A DNA stretch of 64,000 bases, taken from contig NW_024704742.1 of assembly GCF_018977255.1 (NCBI RefSeq), positions 15,626,001 to 15,690,000 on the forward strand, given 5' to 3'. The first letter of the stretch is position 1; each line of letters begins with the position of its first letter. Source of the stretch: Callorhinchus milii. Lineage: Eukaryota. Below, one piece after another: positions 1-14,100 of this stretch. A program made the position numbers and the translations under genes. Below the pieces are notes generated by a model that had not been told where the DNA came from, searched no databases, and saw only the letters and a program-made list of their open reading frames with translations.

Positions 1-450
1 TGTTCCATAAGCTCATTTCTGAATTCTCTCCAGGGTGGCGATATATTTGCTTTGAACTTAAGGCCTGAACTGCACTCAATACTCCTGATGGGCGGGTCTC
101 ACAACAGACCAGCAAATGTATTTGTATCTTGCATCTTGTAAGTATGACATTTTTAGAGGACCAACAGCTTTTCTACCAATGTTAAAATCACACCTTGGAA
201 TACTCAACAACTGCTCTGATTCATTCCTTATTTTCTAGGTTGATATGTTGACAAGCTATGAAATTCCTGATGGAGTTGCTAGCATTCCTTCTTGTGAATT
301 TAAATTCCTTAGTGATCAGCACATTAGTGAGTGCATTGTTGTGTCAGAAATCTTGCATGAGCTCTTCCTTAAGGTAACCTATGAAGAGTTAAGAAGGCAC
401 AGAACAGAATACCGTGGAAAATGAAGAAATTAAACCAAGACTTGCAGTAC

Positions 451-537
451 CTCGCCATCAGCTTTTCCAATAGGTGAATTCAAAATAAAGTCAGGAGGAG
501 CAATGACATCCACCAAAGCCACTGCATCATTCTTCAA
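451..537 (-). CDS. ACOX3: ACOX3 exon 17 (87 nt): [29 protein letters not shown]
   Basis: AG acceptor and GT donor; matches the ACOX3 C-terminal [14 protein letters not shown] motif; phase 0/0. Confidence 0.95.
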
Positions 538-1299
538 CTGTAATAACACAACATATACTGTGTCAGTCATGCATCAGAGTTTACTTTAACTTAAGAAAAC
601 AAGTTTATGATAAATATAATAATAATCCTTGCATTCAATATAGAGTCTTATCACATCGTTGAGACGTCTTAAAGAGCTTCACAGAATATCCTGCAAAGTA
701 AATTGACTATATTTCATGGGCGAAACACCAACAGTTACTCTTCCTCTTGGGCTTGAAAAATCTCATGTTCTTAGGCTTAAAACCACTGACCTAAAATTTA
801 AGATTGCGAGGAAGTTTGAAAACACAAGCCTGAAATTTGGCTTAATTTGAAAGCTGATTTTCCTTCCACAATAATAAAAAAGAAATGTAAAAAAAACTTC
901 TAAATTAAGGCTTAATTTAAGACTCTTTTCCAAATTCTTTGTGATTTAAATTTTAAGATAATGGGAAACATTTTCATACCTCGGAACATGAGAATTTTGC
1001 TCTTAAAGCCAGGAAGAAAAACAACACATACACAAGTTGTGGATTGAACTTTTTCATGTTTTAGCAGATTTACAATAGTAATTCAAGATAACTAGCTGTT
1101 GAGTAGTTGCTGAACTTTACTCAACAACAACTTGCATTTATTTAGCACCCTTCATACAGAATAGCTTCTTGCTGACCAGTACTGGGCTTGGATGCAAAGC
1201 AAGGGAAAAAGAGGAGAGGGAGGTAACCATAGATGTGATCAAACAGGAGTCTCAAAGCAGGTCTGTCTGTGCTGCCTCCTATTGTATGTTTGAAGCAGT

Positions 1300-2507
1300 A
1301 CCTACCCTCCTCCCACGCCTCTCCTTTCACCTTAACTTTTAACGTTCTGTCCTTGAATGGTTCAGGTCCTACCTCTCAAACCAGCTCCACTTTGTCTCCA
1401 CAAATAGCTTCTCCTCCAGCCCCCGCACTGTCTCGTGTGGTGTTCCTCAGAGCTCTGTCCTCTCCTCTTCAACATGTACATCCTCCCTTTTGGTGACATC
1501 ATCCGCAGACATGGGGGTCAACTTTCACATGTATGCAGATGACACCAAGTCTATCTCTCTGCCTCCACCCTTGACCCCGGGACCACTGATGTCCTAACAG
1601 ACATTAAGTCCTGGATGAGAGCCAAATTTCTACATTTGAAAGTCAGAAAGACCGAGGAGCTTCTGATTGGCTCGCGCCAGCGCCTCCGCATTCAGGCACT
1701 GGCAGCATCAGAATCCATGGATACACACTCCACCTCACCAAACCTATCAGGAACTAGGCATCTTGTTCGACCCTCAACTGTCTTTCTCCCCCACATTTGT
1801 GCCGTGACCCGATCTGCCTTCCCCAACCAACGCAACATTGCCCAATATCGCTACAGCCTCCCCCCTCAGGCCACCGAAACCCTCATACATGCCTTCATTA
1901 CAACCAGGCTCGACTATGCCAAAGCCCTGCTTGTCGGCCTTCCCAAATCTTTCCTCCACAAGCTGCAGATCATCCAGAAATCTGCAGGTTGTCCCCTCTC
2001 CCACCCTAGGCTCCGTGACCCCATCACACCCACGCCCGGCTCCACTGGCTCCCCATCCCTCAGAGGATAGAGATCAGAATTTTCATCCTCACCTTCAAGG
2101 CCCTCCATGGCCTTGCCCCTTCCTACCTCTCCGACCTGCTTACCCCTTATCAATCTGTCTGCTCCTGCCACTCAGCAGGCTCCGGCCTGCTCCATGTCCC
2201 CTGCCAGGCCAGCCCCACCATTGGCGGTCGGGCCTTCAGCCTCTCTGTCCCCACCCTCTGGAACTCCATCCCACATTCCCTTCTCCCTCCCTTGTCTCCT
2301 TCAAGGCACGCCTCAAGACCCTCCTCTTCGACCGTATCTTCGGCCACCCTTCCACCCTCCACACTCCCTGGTCCCAAGCCCCTCCATCCTCTCTGATCCC
2401 AACCGCTCCCCCCACCCCTGCTTGCGTCTTAATCCCTGACTGTTCAGAGCTTGGGGATGGCTTCCCGACATGAAAGGCGCTTTACAAATGCAATTTGGTA
2501 TTGTATT
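1300..2507 (+). mobile_element. L2 LINE 3' fragment (degraded RT C-terminus plus 3' tail)
   Basis: HMYADDT-like motif, ETLIHAFITTRLDY, LHWLP; tail gaaaggcgctttacaaatgcaat. Confidence 0.9.
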
Positions 2508-2910
2508 TAGCTTAATTTAGCTTAATAATTATTGATACTCATTTAAATTATTTTGATGGAATTTTTGAAATGTATATATGTTTCTACTAAAGTCCTACTT
2601 TGGAATTATCCAGAATCATATATCCACACGTCACCTTTTGATATCCTATAGGCTTTACACAAATGGCTATAATGATAATCATAATAATAATGATCCATGT
2701 ATTTGATATGAGCACCTTTCACATTGGGGGGATGTCTCAAAACGTTTCACAGGATGTACTGTAAAATGTTGTGACAATGTATTTTGTAGGGGAATGTATG
2801 TGCTGATTCTATTACTTTTGCTCCTTAACCAGATCACATTTATTAAACTGAAAATAAAATTTGTGATTATATAACGTTACGATTAAATGATAAGCAAATT
2901 GTTTGGTTAC

Positions 2911-2978
2911 CTGTGCACAGAGGTTTAGAATAGCATTTTGCAAACTTTTAGCAGGTTGTTCACCATGGAAATATCCCC
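2911..2978 (-). CDS. ACOX3: ACOX3 exon 16 (68 nt): (G)GYFHGEQPAKSLQNAILNLCAQ
   Basis: acag|...|gtaacc splice sites; similar to ACOX3 GGYFSGEQ...LCSQ; phase 1/0. Confidence 0.93.
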
Positions 2979-3907
2979 CTGTAAATAAAAGTCCAACTTG
3001 ATATAAGTTACTGTTTATGAATTCTAAAACCATTTGTTGATCTATAACTAAAAAGTCAATTTGTAATCACTGGCATTTTTGTTTATTAAGGTAAAACTTG
3101 CATTTGTATTATTTTGAAATATATCAAAACAATTCTCTTGCAGTGTAAGGAAACTTTGCATTAATCAGTATCAATTAGCATCAAATAGTTGTGAAAATCT
3201 CAATAAATGCACTGTGGCTCAGTTGAATGTTTGCACTGTGCAGTCATGTCAGGGTGGGGGAAGAGACATGATTAAGGTCACAGCAGGTGCGATGTGTATT
3301 ACAGCTTGGTAGCCACTGTCTTTGCCATTCACAGCATAGGGTAGATATTAAATAAAGTATAAAACACATAAGCCATTAGACTATGTGAAATAGCAACTCA
3401 ACCCCTGGTTAGCAGGATTCCAGCTTTTCTGGGGGTTTTGTTTGGAAATAGAAAGCAAGCAATTCTTACTGTTGTTATTATTATTAACTGGCAATTGAAT
3501 GCAAACTGTGAGATGAAACTCAATCACTGCTGAGGACCCAGCTTCAAGACCTTCAGCATTGATAAGTCCTTGAGCACAACTAATATAAAAAACATTCAAT
3601 GTACCATTAAACCGGTACCAATGTTTAACAATAGACTATTTGACCATTTTTGTTTGGAGGATGGGGAGATTTTCGTCAGGTGTGGGGAAGTCCTCATCTA
3701 TACCATATATCCATCTGTTCTAGCAGCAATGATTTAATAGCAAACATGAGCTGGAACCTGGCTGAGTTTTCAGCCGAGTTGCTGAGGCCAACTTAGGTTC
3801 CCGGTACCACCCAGATGAGATCAGTTAACCGAGCAGGAATTGAAATATCCAGGTATCTCAGCCTTAGTTTGACACTTGGTAGTGACTTTGCTAACTGAAC
3901 CATTGAA

Positions 3908-4680
3908 ACAATAACAACAAAATTACACTACATATGTATAGCGCCTTTCATGTCAGGAGGATGTCCCAAGGCGATGTTTTGGACCCGAGCTGGGGGTCGG
4001 GATCGGGGAGGGTGGATGGGGTGGGGGTGGGAACGAAGTGACCGAAAACATGGTCAAAGAGGAGCGTCTTGAAGAAGGCAAGGGAAGGGGCAAGGCGGAG
4101 GGAATGTGGGATGGAGTTCCAGAGGGTAGAGGTAGAAAGGCTGAAGGCCCGATCACGGATGGTCAGGCGGGGTGGGCGGGGGAACGTGGAGCAGGCCAAA
4201 GCCTACTGAGCGGAGAGAGTGTGCAGGTTGATATGGGGTCAGCAGGTCGCACAGGTAGGAAGGAGCAAGACCGTGGCGGGTCTCTAATGTGATTTTGAAC
4301 ACTATGGGGGATGGGAAGCTAGTGTAGCCGGGAGGGGGTGTGGGTAATGGGGTCACAAAGCCTGCTGCGGCAGAGTTCTGGATGACCTGCAGCTTGTGGA
4401 GGGAAGGGTTGGGAAGGCTGACAAGCAGAGAGTCGGCATAGTTGAGCATAGATGTGATGGATGCATGGATGAGGGTTTCAGTGGCCTGAGGGGTGAGGCT
4501 GTGGCGGAGCCGGGTGATGATGCGGAGGTGGGAAAAGGCAGAGCGGGTCATGACACAGATGTGGGGTAGAAAGGACAGTTGAGCGTCAAACAAGATACCA
4601 AGATTCCAGACTGCCTTAGTAAGGTGGAGTGTGCCTGAGTTGTGGAAACGTTGACGGGAGCCAATTAGGAGAGCCTCGTG
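3908..4680 (-). mobile_element. L2 LINE 3' fragment
   Basis: ETLIHASITS.LNY, RAFSLS..TLWNSIP; (TTG)n tail. Confidence 0.9.
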
Positions 4681-4839
4681 ATGTATGGTGTCTCTCAGTT
4701 GTTTGACAACTGCAATAATGGCAACTCATATGTCAACTTGCTGCTGTTCTAGAAGAGGAAGCAACAGTCAGTCTAGCAGTGGAAGTGTCTTCGAAAAGGA
4801 GTAATTCAAACAACTGAAAACAAAACTGAAAGACATCTT

Positions 4840-6714
4840 CTGCACAACTGAGGCAGCTCCAGCTCAGAGTGGCTGAGCTGGAATCCGAGGTGCCGACACT
4901 ATGGAGTATCAGAGACAGTGAGTACTTCCTGGATAGCTACATCCTGGAGCCAGTCACTCCCCTGAGGGAATATACGGTCAACATAATTGGTTATGGTCAG
5001 GATAGGTCAATGGACAGTCAGGAGGTCAGGAGAACAACGGAAAGAGTGGTAGTAAATCCGGCATTAACCTTGAACAATAGATATGAGATCCTTGGAACTT
5101 GTATCGACAAGGAAGCTGGTGAGGTGGAAGGAAAGACTACCTCTAACACTGGGGCAAACGAGCGGATGGTTGTTGTCATTGGGGATGAGACTATTAGGCA
5201 ACACCAACCAGAAGACCCGAAGGCTTTGTTGCCTCCCTGGGGCCAGGGTGAAGGATGTCTCGGCAGGGCTAAAGGATAATTTAAAATACGAGGGCAAGGA
5301 TCCGTTGGTAGTACGTCACATAGATACCAATGACATCGGTAGAGTTGGCCAAGATGACTTGAGAAGGGAATTCAAAGAGCTGGGGTCCAAATTGAAGTCA
5401 AGATCATCGAAGGTGGTGATATCGGGATGACTGCCTGTACCATATAACAATTAGTACTTGAACAAACAAATTAAGGACTTGGCTAAGAGTAGTGCTGAAC
5501 TCAGGGGTTTCTTTATATGGGCCATTGGAATGAGTATCGGGGGAAAAGAAAGCTTTCAGAGAAATTCCTGCATTTAAATCGGGCTGGGACAAATGTCCTA
5601 GCTAAATGAATTAATAGGGAGGTAAATAGGAATTTGAACTAATAAAGAGGGGGTGGGGGGGGGAGTATATAGGTAAGAAAATAGAAAAAATAAGACAATG
5701 CAGAATAGCATGCCAGATAATAGGAATATGTTAACTAGGGTTAAGAAGCTTGGCAAAGCAGATAAGGAATCAGAGAGTAGAGGAAATGGTAGGAAATTAG
5801 AAATGCTATATCTGAATGCACGAAGCATTCAGAATAAAAATGATGAATTAAAAGCACAGATAGACACATATGGGTACGATCTAGTAGCCATCACTGAAAC
5901 ATGGTTACAAGGAGATCTAGGGTGGGAGTTCAATATTCCAGGATTCTCAGTTTACAGGAAAGATAGGCACTGTGGGGGGGGGGGGGGGGGGGGGGGTGGT
6001 GGTGGTGGTGAGTAGCCCTCACAAAAAGTTAGTTAGCAGGTACAGCAAGCAGTTAGGAAGGCTAACGGTATCTTGGCATTTGTTACAAAAGGGTTAGAAT
6101 ATAAGAGTAGGGAAGTCTTGCTGCAACTGTATAGGGCCCTGGTGAGACCACACCTGGAATACTGTGTGCAGTTTTGGTCTCCTTATTTAAGGAAGGATGT
6201 ACTTGCCTTGGAGGGGGTGCAGCGTAGGTTTACTAGGTTGGTACCAGGGATGAAGGGGATGAGTTACGAGGATAGGCTGACCAATTTGGGCCTATATTCT
6301 CTAGAATATAGAAGAATTAGAGGGGATCTTATAGAAATCTGTAAGATCATCAAAGGGCATGATAGAGTAGATAGTGGGAGATTGTTTCCTATGGTTGGAG
6401 AAACTATAACCAGGGGTCACAACCTTAAGATCAGAGGCAGCCCTTTTGCACTGAGTTGAGGAAGAACTTCACTCAAAGGGTGGTGAATGTATGGAACTCG
6501 CTACCCCAAAGGGCTGTTGACACTCAGTCCTTGAACATATTCAAGACTGAGATAGATAGATTTCTTATTGCAAAAGGGATTAAGGGATATGGGGATAAGG
6601 CAGGGTTATGGTATTAGCTGGAGTTAGATTAGAAGATCAGCCATGATTGAATGGAGGGGCAGGCTCGAAGGGCCGAATGGCCTACTCCTGCTCCTACATG
6701 TTATGTTACGTTAT
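4840..6714 (+). mobile_element. CR1 LINE: ORF1 esterase remnant, start of ORF2 endonuclease, internal deletion, then ORF2 C-terminus and 3' tail
   Basis: VVVIGD...CLPGARVKD...TNDIGR (SGNH esterase); YLNARSI...VAITETWL (APE); LVRPHLEYCVQFWSP; ggccgaatggcctactcctgctcc 3' end. Confidence 0.92.
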
Positions 6715-7526
6715 GAAAATATACCCTGCTAAATATGTGATTCCAGTTGTTTGAATGAGGAATACTTTTAAAGCAACAATTTACAGGACTGTACAATATT
6801 TTCGGCTGATTTCTTTTTTTGGTCCTTATCATTGTACCAGTTTTCAAGCTGCAGAATTGGGAGCTGGCAGCAATGTTTAGTGACCCACTTTGATATTGTC
6901 ACATTAGCAGTAAACTGAGCCCGATGTGGAGATATAGGAGAAAGCGACACAATGAGCGGAGGCTGAAGAACAACATTATAAAAACATATAGCAGCATTAC
7001 CACCCACCTCAAAAATATTTAATTACAGACTTAATTCAATCCACCATAACAGCTCTACTCTAATGAAACAATATGGTTGAATGAAAATATATATGTTTGT
7101 GTGGGCTGGGTGGTGCAAAGAGCTAGAATAATTTCTTGCCTTTGGGACCTGTATTCAAATTTAGTCCAAACAGATGGGAAGATGATACAATCTCTGAAAT
7201 GGCTCTTCGATCCAGGATATAATCCTCAATATAATCTTCAATCCTCAATCCATCTGATATAACTCCAAAACATTAAAACACCTTTGTGATTCATAACTCG
7301 CCCAATAGCTTGCATTTTTAAAAGGACAACATTTAAATATCTTGATCTGTTAAACCTGCGTGTTTTGTAGCGCTGAACACTAACTAATAAAGACAAAATG
7401 TTTACTTTAGTGTAATATAGTTCAGATGGTTATACATGGGAAGGGCATGCCATATAGATGTTTATTTTTAAGTAGGGAATCACAATAAAGCGAAATTAGG
7501 ATGATTTTCAGAGAAACTCTTCTCAC

Positions 7527-7701
7527 CTTGGTACAGCACAGCTGTATGTTTGCTAAGAGCCCAGAGTCCATACAGAGCACTGAGTCGTTTTAACACAGGC
7601 TGCAGGGAGGTCGGTGTGCTACAATTATGAGTAAAGTCATGGAATCGTTGAAATACATTGTACTCGATAAATGCAATTGCCAGGGATCTGCAATAATATA
7701 C
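7527..7701 (-). CDS. ACOX3: ACOX3 exon 15 (175 nt): VYYCRSLAIAFIEYNVFQRFHDF...LSALYGLWALSKHTAVLYQ
   Basis: Polypyrimidine tract plus tag acceptor, gtgaga donor; LSALYGLW motif; phase 0/1. Confidence 0.95.
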
Positions 7702-8619
7702 CTAGAGAGAGAAAAAAAATGCATTTACACAAAGTATAGACTACAAATTCATTTGGGGAAACAAAAATATATGTACAGTTTATATAATTTATTTAACAAG
7801 CTACCTTGTTCTAAATGTATTTTTCTTTTGCAACCAGTAAGACTAAAAAATACAATTTTGGTGGTAAGATTCTTTTAGTTAACAGTGATATAGTGAAGCA
7901 GTACAACACCAACTACATGCCCCATTCTACACAGTGTTACTAAAATTATCATGGGCTTAAACCTGTTAGCTAACAAAGAGAGCATTGATGTATTCACACA
8001 GTTACCTCATGTTATATTGTATGGTTCTTGTGTTACTCTGCGTCAACAAACTTATCCTTTTGGAACTGCAAGAACAGCTGACATTATTCATCCTTTTTCT
8101 TCTGACCTCACAAAGAAAACATTAACCGGAGACATGAACTGGTGTGTCATTCTATTTGAACAATTCGTAAAGTTGTATTGCCTGGCAGCAAACACCACTG
8201 TAGAAACAGGAATAGAAGCCAGTGTTGCAAGACTGATGGGAGCGGACACTGAGATTACATTAAAGAAGCTTTCATTAACTATTTTACACAGGTTTTCTTA
8301 CAATTATACACTAATTTCTGTTTGGATTTTTAATTTATGGATTTTTTTGATCCATTACGGTTTCCACTGAATGTGGATCTCATATCAAGGTTACATCTAG
8401 TATCTCACAACCATTCAACAATATATAATAAGTATTGTAATGTTGTACATCACAAGCTTTGTTCAGGAGGGGGTGGGGGGTGTGAAGATGAGCCCTTAGG
8501 CTCATTTGACCTTATTCTTCCAGAACATCCACCCTACTATTTTACAATTACATCAAACAGCTTTTAAATGAGTCTGATATTCTGGCCTCAAACACCTTTC
8601 CTGGTAACATTTCCCAGTC

Positions 8620-9185
8620 ATTAATTACGCCCTGTTTGTTGGCCTTCCCAAGTCTTCCATTCACAAGCTGCGGATCATCCAGAATTCTGCAGCTCGTGTC
8701 CTCTCCCGCACCAGGCTCCGTGACCCCATCATACCCACCCTTGCCCAGCTGCACTGGCTCCCCATCCCTCAAGGGATAGAGTTAAAAATCCTCGTCCTGA
8801 TCGTCAAGGCCCTCCATGGCTTTGCCCACTCCTATCTCTCCAATCTGCGAAACCCTTATTAACCTGTTTGCTCCCTCCGCAAAGCAAGCTCAGCCATGTC
8901 CCCTACCCAGCTCCCCCTCACTATCGACGGTCGGGCCTTCATCCTCTCTGCCTCCACCTTCTGGAGCTCCATTCCACATTCCCACTGCTTCGCTCCCTCC
9001 CTTCTTTCCTTCATGACACGCCTCAAGATCCTCCTCTTTGGCCGTGCCTTTGGTCACCCTCCTAACCTCTCTGCCACCATCACCCCACCACCCCCGGGTC
9101 CTAATCCCTGACTGTTCTGCGCCCTGGAAATCCTCCTGACATCAAAGGCGCTTTACAAATGTAATTTGGGCTTGTATTGTGTATT
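8620..9185 (+). mobile_element. L2 LINE 3' fragment
   Basis: Similar to the copy at 1900-2500; same tail. Confidence 0.85.
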
Positions 9186-11050
9186 TTGCATTGTATAATC
9201 AGGATATACAATGCATCTCTCCTGTAAGGAAAGCCAACTTGGGAGACTTCAGCTCTAACCCCAAATCACTGGTGTAAAGTATATGCAGTATTTTAACCCA
9301 ACCATCTTTTATCAATTTTGAAATAATCTGAATGCAATCCATAAAACTATTCAGACAAAGAAAAAATGTGCATATAATGCATTTCCTTTTTAGAATTTGT
9401 GGCTCAGACTGTGGTATTACCACACGTGGCTCAGAAATATGTTGCTATGTGTCTCGCATTCACAAGAAAAGTTAAAACAAGAGTCTGATGTCTGGCAAAT
9501 AATTAACAGCATGACTACATCTAAGATTTAAACAACTTATATATCTTTAACAGGGTGTTGAAACAATGCACAAGAATGGAAAAGACCACTGGTGTCTGTC
9601 TGGTCAGTTCCATTTTAACAAGGAGAGGAAGTTTAAATGATAATGGAATATCATTGACGATAGAAAAAAAGAGCAACACAAATACAGCAGAATATAATGA
9701 CGCTCTTGAAATACATTTATTTTATTTTCAAAGTGCCTTAAAGTCATCAGGAAGCTTTGACCCATGAGAGTTTGCTTTCTGTAAATTTACAAAGTTAATT
9801 TAATGCTATATAGTAAATGTCAATGATAGTACTATTTCTACAATGGATCGGAAGCAACAAACTAAGCCTCCTGAGACAGGGATTGCATCATGTTATTAAA
9901 AACTTTTGCAGTTCAAAGAAGTAAATAGAATTCATTTCCTTGGCATTCCTAGGTCCATTGTTAATTTCTAATGATTATTAATACTAATACTAAAAGTCCT
10001 TCCATTTAGTATAGGCGTTCATGTCTGGAGGACATCTCAAAGGGCTTCACAGGATTTAACTCAAAGGCAAAGCGTGAGGCTTTGAATACATCTTTGTTAA
10101 TCACAGAAGGAGGTTCTTTTTACTCAGCTGAAGCATTATGCCTTAACCCCAATTTTAAAAGGAGATACTGTACAATTATTTTTAAAAACATTGCATCTTT
10201 TAACTAATGCAAACTGAATTTCCACTTTGAATTTGCTGTGGAAACAATATTTTAATACAAACTTCTTTAACAAATTTGAAATAATTTTCAAAAGTTCTAG
10301 AAATGAATGTGCCGATTTGGATTAAAACTAAACTTCTGTTCCAACATTCTTTGAATGGCATTAAGAAGAATTATTGATAAGTTTTGGACATGAGGCATTC
10401 AATATAATAATTTAATGGAGTTCTTTAGAAAATAAAGAGTAAATTATTGCATTTCATCAGCTGTGTTTAAATTATACCTTAATTAAGCCCAAAGTGCATT
10501 ATGGTAGCTAATGATCAGATATTTGCCCCCCTCTGGTTGTTGGAATTTCATAAATTTTCAGCTTACATCACTAATATGAACAATAGTACGAACAATGTTA
10601 CATAATATGAACGATGTTACTTCAATCACCTTGTGACCATCAATTATTTCATCAAGAAATATGAAGTAGTCAATTGTCCTTTGTTTAGTCACATCAGACA
10701 CAAGCCATTTAATGGGTACAATGCAACTTTAGTCACCATATAATTGTCAAAAAAACAAACCTTTGTAATTTATCATAAAACATCTCAAAGCATTTTATTG
10801 ATATTGGTATTGTTGGCACACTTGGAAGCTGTTCAAGCTAGTAAAGTCCCACAAACAGCCATGAAGTTAATTAACCTTGATGATTATTGCCTGAACAAAG
10901 AAAGAAAAATCACTTTACCTTTTGAATAGTGCCATGGGTTCTCTGGTAATGTAGTTTGAAACTTGAACCAAAGTGCTATCAATTAAGATTATGGACAAGC
11001 TAAATAAACAAGATGAAGCAACTGTCACAGAACTTCCTCCAATCCCTTAC

Positions 11051-11166
11051 CTGACTGTTGTTTCTGGACTCAAAATCTGATTTTCCCGATTTCTTCTCCT
11101 GATCAAATTTCATGTGGCTTTCTCTCAACAGGTAACAAACTAGCCATTTGTACGCAGCCAAAGCAA
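11051..11166 (-). CDS. ACOX3: ACOX3 exon 14 (116 nt): [39 protein letters not shown]
   Basis: tttcag|...|gtaagg; [15 protein letters not shown] is characteristic of ACOX3. Confidence 0.96.
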
Positions 11167-14100
11167 CTGAAATACAAGGATATAACGACAGTCTTTTACA
11201 AACCAGGCTTGTTTCTTTTTTCAACCTTGCTACAAAAAGATCAAAGGAGTCCTGTACATTAATCATATGGAAATGTCATGAATCAGTCTATGATAATAAT
11301 AACGAGTTATGCTAACCTTCACTGGCAAGCTATTCTGTGGGCATTCCTTATAGAATATCAAATAGACTGAATTAAATTTGAAACATCACACGTTCCGGAG
11401 GCATGACATTTAATAATAACAATCATTAAGTTTGATACTGCATTGGGAGGATGTCTCCAAGCGCTTTGAAATATTTACTGTAAAGTGTAGCGATTGTATA
11501 TTATGTAGGTGAACTTCAAATGGTCTTAGCCTCTACTGCCTTAAAATTTTAAATCGTACAATATTTATGAACATTCTTAAATTCAGTCTTAATTTGGAAT
11601 CTAGTTTTCCACCTTTCTTAAAATTGTTGTTAAACCCATTAGGAACATTCACTGCCAAGTCTCAGACATGAATAAAAGCTATTGGGGCAAAGTACTAGGT
11701 ATTGTAAGGGTGCCCATGGGATCCTATCCCAGTGGAAGGCAAAAATAACTTAAAAGCCTTTCGAAGATGGGGAGTGGGGAAATATTAATTTATCCCCCTG
11801 CCCCCAAACAAAGGATTCTCAATATCATTTGAGTCCCGGGATCCCTTACTGTAAAGCGCTCTGAGACCCCGTCCAGCGTGGAGGGCGCTATATAATTCCA
11901 AGTTGTTGTTGTTGTATCAGTTTTTGTTAGACTCAAATGCTATGCTTCTTTTGTTGATTTAACCAAAGTGTTTTTTTAAAACAAAAAGATTTGAAAACAG
12001 GAGTTGTATTGGCAACCATTACAATCTAAGAGAATCTGTGTTGTCTGAATGCCAGATGAAACCTACTTTGAAAACAAAGCTTGCATTTTTGGTCAAAATA
12101 TGCTATGAGAAAGACAGAAAGATGAATAGAAAGGGAATAAAAGAAAAAAGAGGAAGAAAAAGAATGACACAAACAACGCATGGAAATAAGACTGAAAGGC
12201 AGACAGAAAGAACCAAGAAAGAGATAGACTGACAGAAAGATGGAAATAATTTAATTTTAGTTGTTGGCACTGTGACAAATCCATCTAGAGTGAAGACATT
12301 TATAAGCATTGTTACCTTTTCCAACTCCAAAATGCAGGAAGGTGATAAAGGCGCAGTCAAAGAGCACTCAACATGGAGCATACATACAATAAGATCAAAA
12401 CCTGCTCCCTTTGAACTGTACCTATGGCCACCGACCTGCAATCCCCCATCTTCCCCCCAACTCAGTCTCCCCGTTTCTATATATCACTTTAAGGCATTCT
12501 CCTACATGAGAGGTGTTATGTATGTGTGCAAATTGTTACTGGTATGGTAGACAAAGATGATCAAACACTGATATTGCAATATATTGATGTTATCACATTG
12601 CCAGAGAGGGAGAATAAGAATTTGATCAGGTAGTGCATTGGTCACCTTTGATGAATCCATTATTCATATTATTCCTGTGCTGAGGAAACCATCATCATAT
12701 CGCACTCTTTACATAGCAATTTTGCTATTTTTCTGAATTTTGTTTGAATCAATGGAGCCATTTCTGTTCTTTTGAATCATTTATGATTAAAAAAGCAAAA
12801 ATGGAATAGGCCAATTTCCCTTACATTAATTTTGAATGGTGAGTAGGAATGAAAATGCAGCTAAAATTTCCAGTCTGAAACTCAAACAATCTGTATGTAA
12901 GAGAGCTCTATAAAAAAATGCTTCTTCAATAATATCTTACGTTTGAGTGGGAAGAAACATGTTCCTCTTTGCTTTTATTGGCAAGTGTGTTAATAAATAT
13001 ACTAAAGGGAAAGTAATGATTGGCACCTTTGCAGTTGCCAAAGATGTTTATAAATATATAAATATTACATTCAAATAAGGAAACAGTGTTTCTCCGTTTG
13101 TTTGCTCAGCTAATGTATTAAAGTAACCTTCCCTGGTTGAGAACAGCGGGTTGATGACATGGGAAAGGGAAGCAAGGTCACAAGATGGGATGACATGATC
13201 TCTGGATAAATAAGACAGACATCCTGAGACTATCTGCTGTGGGTTATGCTGACTTTTGATAATTTCCAAAAGCATTTTTTTAGAGAATCTCATTCTAACA
13301 AAAAAGGTCATGAGATTTAGCCTGTGAGCAATTTGGCCTTTTTTTTAAGGCAAAGAAACTAAGCAAAAAAGTGACCACACATGGATACATAGAAAGGAAG
13401 GAGCAGAAAAAGGCCCAATAGGTCCTGGGATAGCTCCCTGTTCAATTAACTATTCAATGACTTATTTCTGAATTAGAGCAATAATTTGTTCTTTGTAAAT
13501 GTAAGTGAATAGTAAAAGAAAATGACTAGAGCTCAATGATGATTAATTTGAAGGCTCACTAATATATTACTATGGTAACCAGTAGAGTGAAAACTATGTT
13601 GTCAACCTAGATCTTTAAGAATGAGTATCCCCTCCGTCTTCTGATTTAAGGTTATGGATTGAAAACACACAACTAGACTTAATGTAACTGTGTTAGATTT
13701 TCAGCGACACAGTCTTTTGGATGAGATGTAACCCTGCAATCCTGTCAGGCTGTTCAGGTGGAAATTAAAATCCTTCACAAAAGGAAGTGATTTTTGTGTC
13801 TCAGCTAATAATCCTCTGGATTAATTGTTCATTCACTTTATCGCTATTTGTGGGACCTTCTTGTTGCAAACAGCTGACATGTTTGTCCATAAACAGAAAC
13901 TACACTTGATTGTCATTATTTCTTTAGTGTCTTGTCATATCAAGATGCTATAAAATGCTTGTTTTTGCTTTCCTTGTCCCCAAAAACATATTATTTATTT
14001 TTTGAAGATATATATTTTGTAATCGTACTTTATAAATGTTTTCCTGACTGTACCAAGCAACTGAATGAAAGTATAAAAGTATAAAAGTATTTATACATTT

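Noticed and set aside
1..450. ACOX3 last coding exon with the PTS1 (SKL-type) signal
   Set aside because: No LYKN.W-like peptide or suitable exon was found; presumably left of the window
7951..8370. 139 aa plus-strand ORF and the many 60-120 aa intronic ORFs
   Set aside because: No recognisable homology or exon support; consistent with chance ORFs
12110..12250. GA-rich tract
   Set aside because: Simple low-complexity sequence with no regular unit
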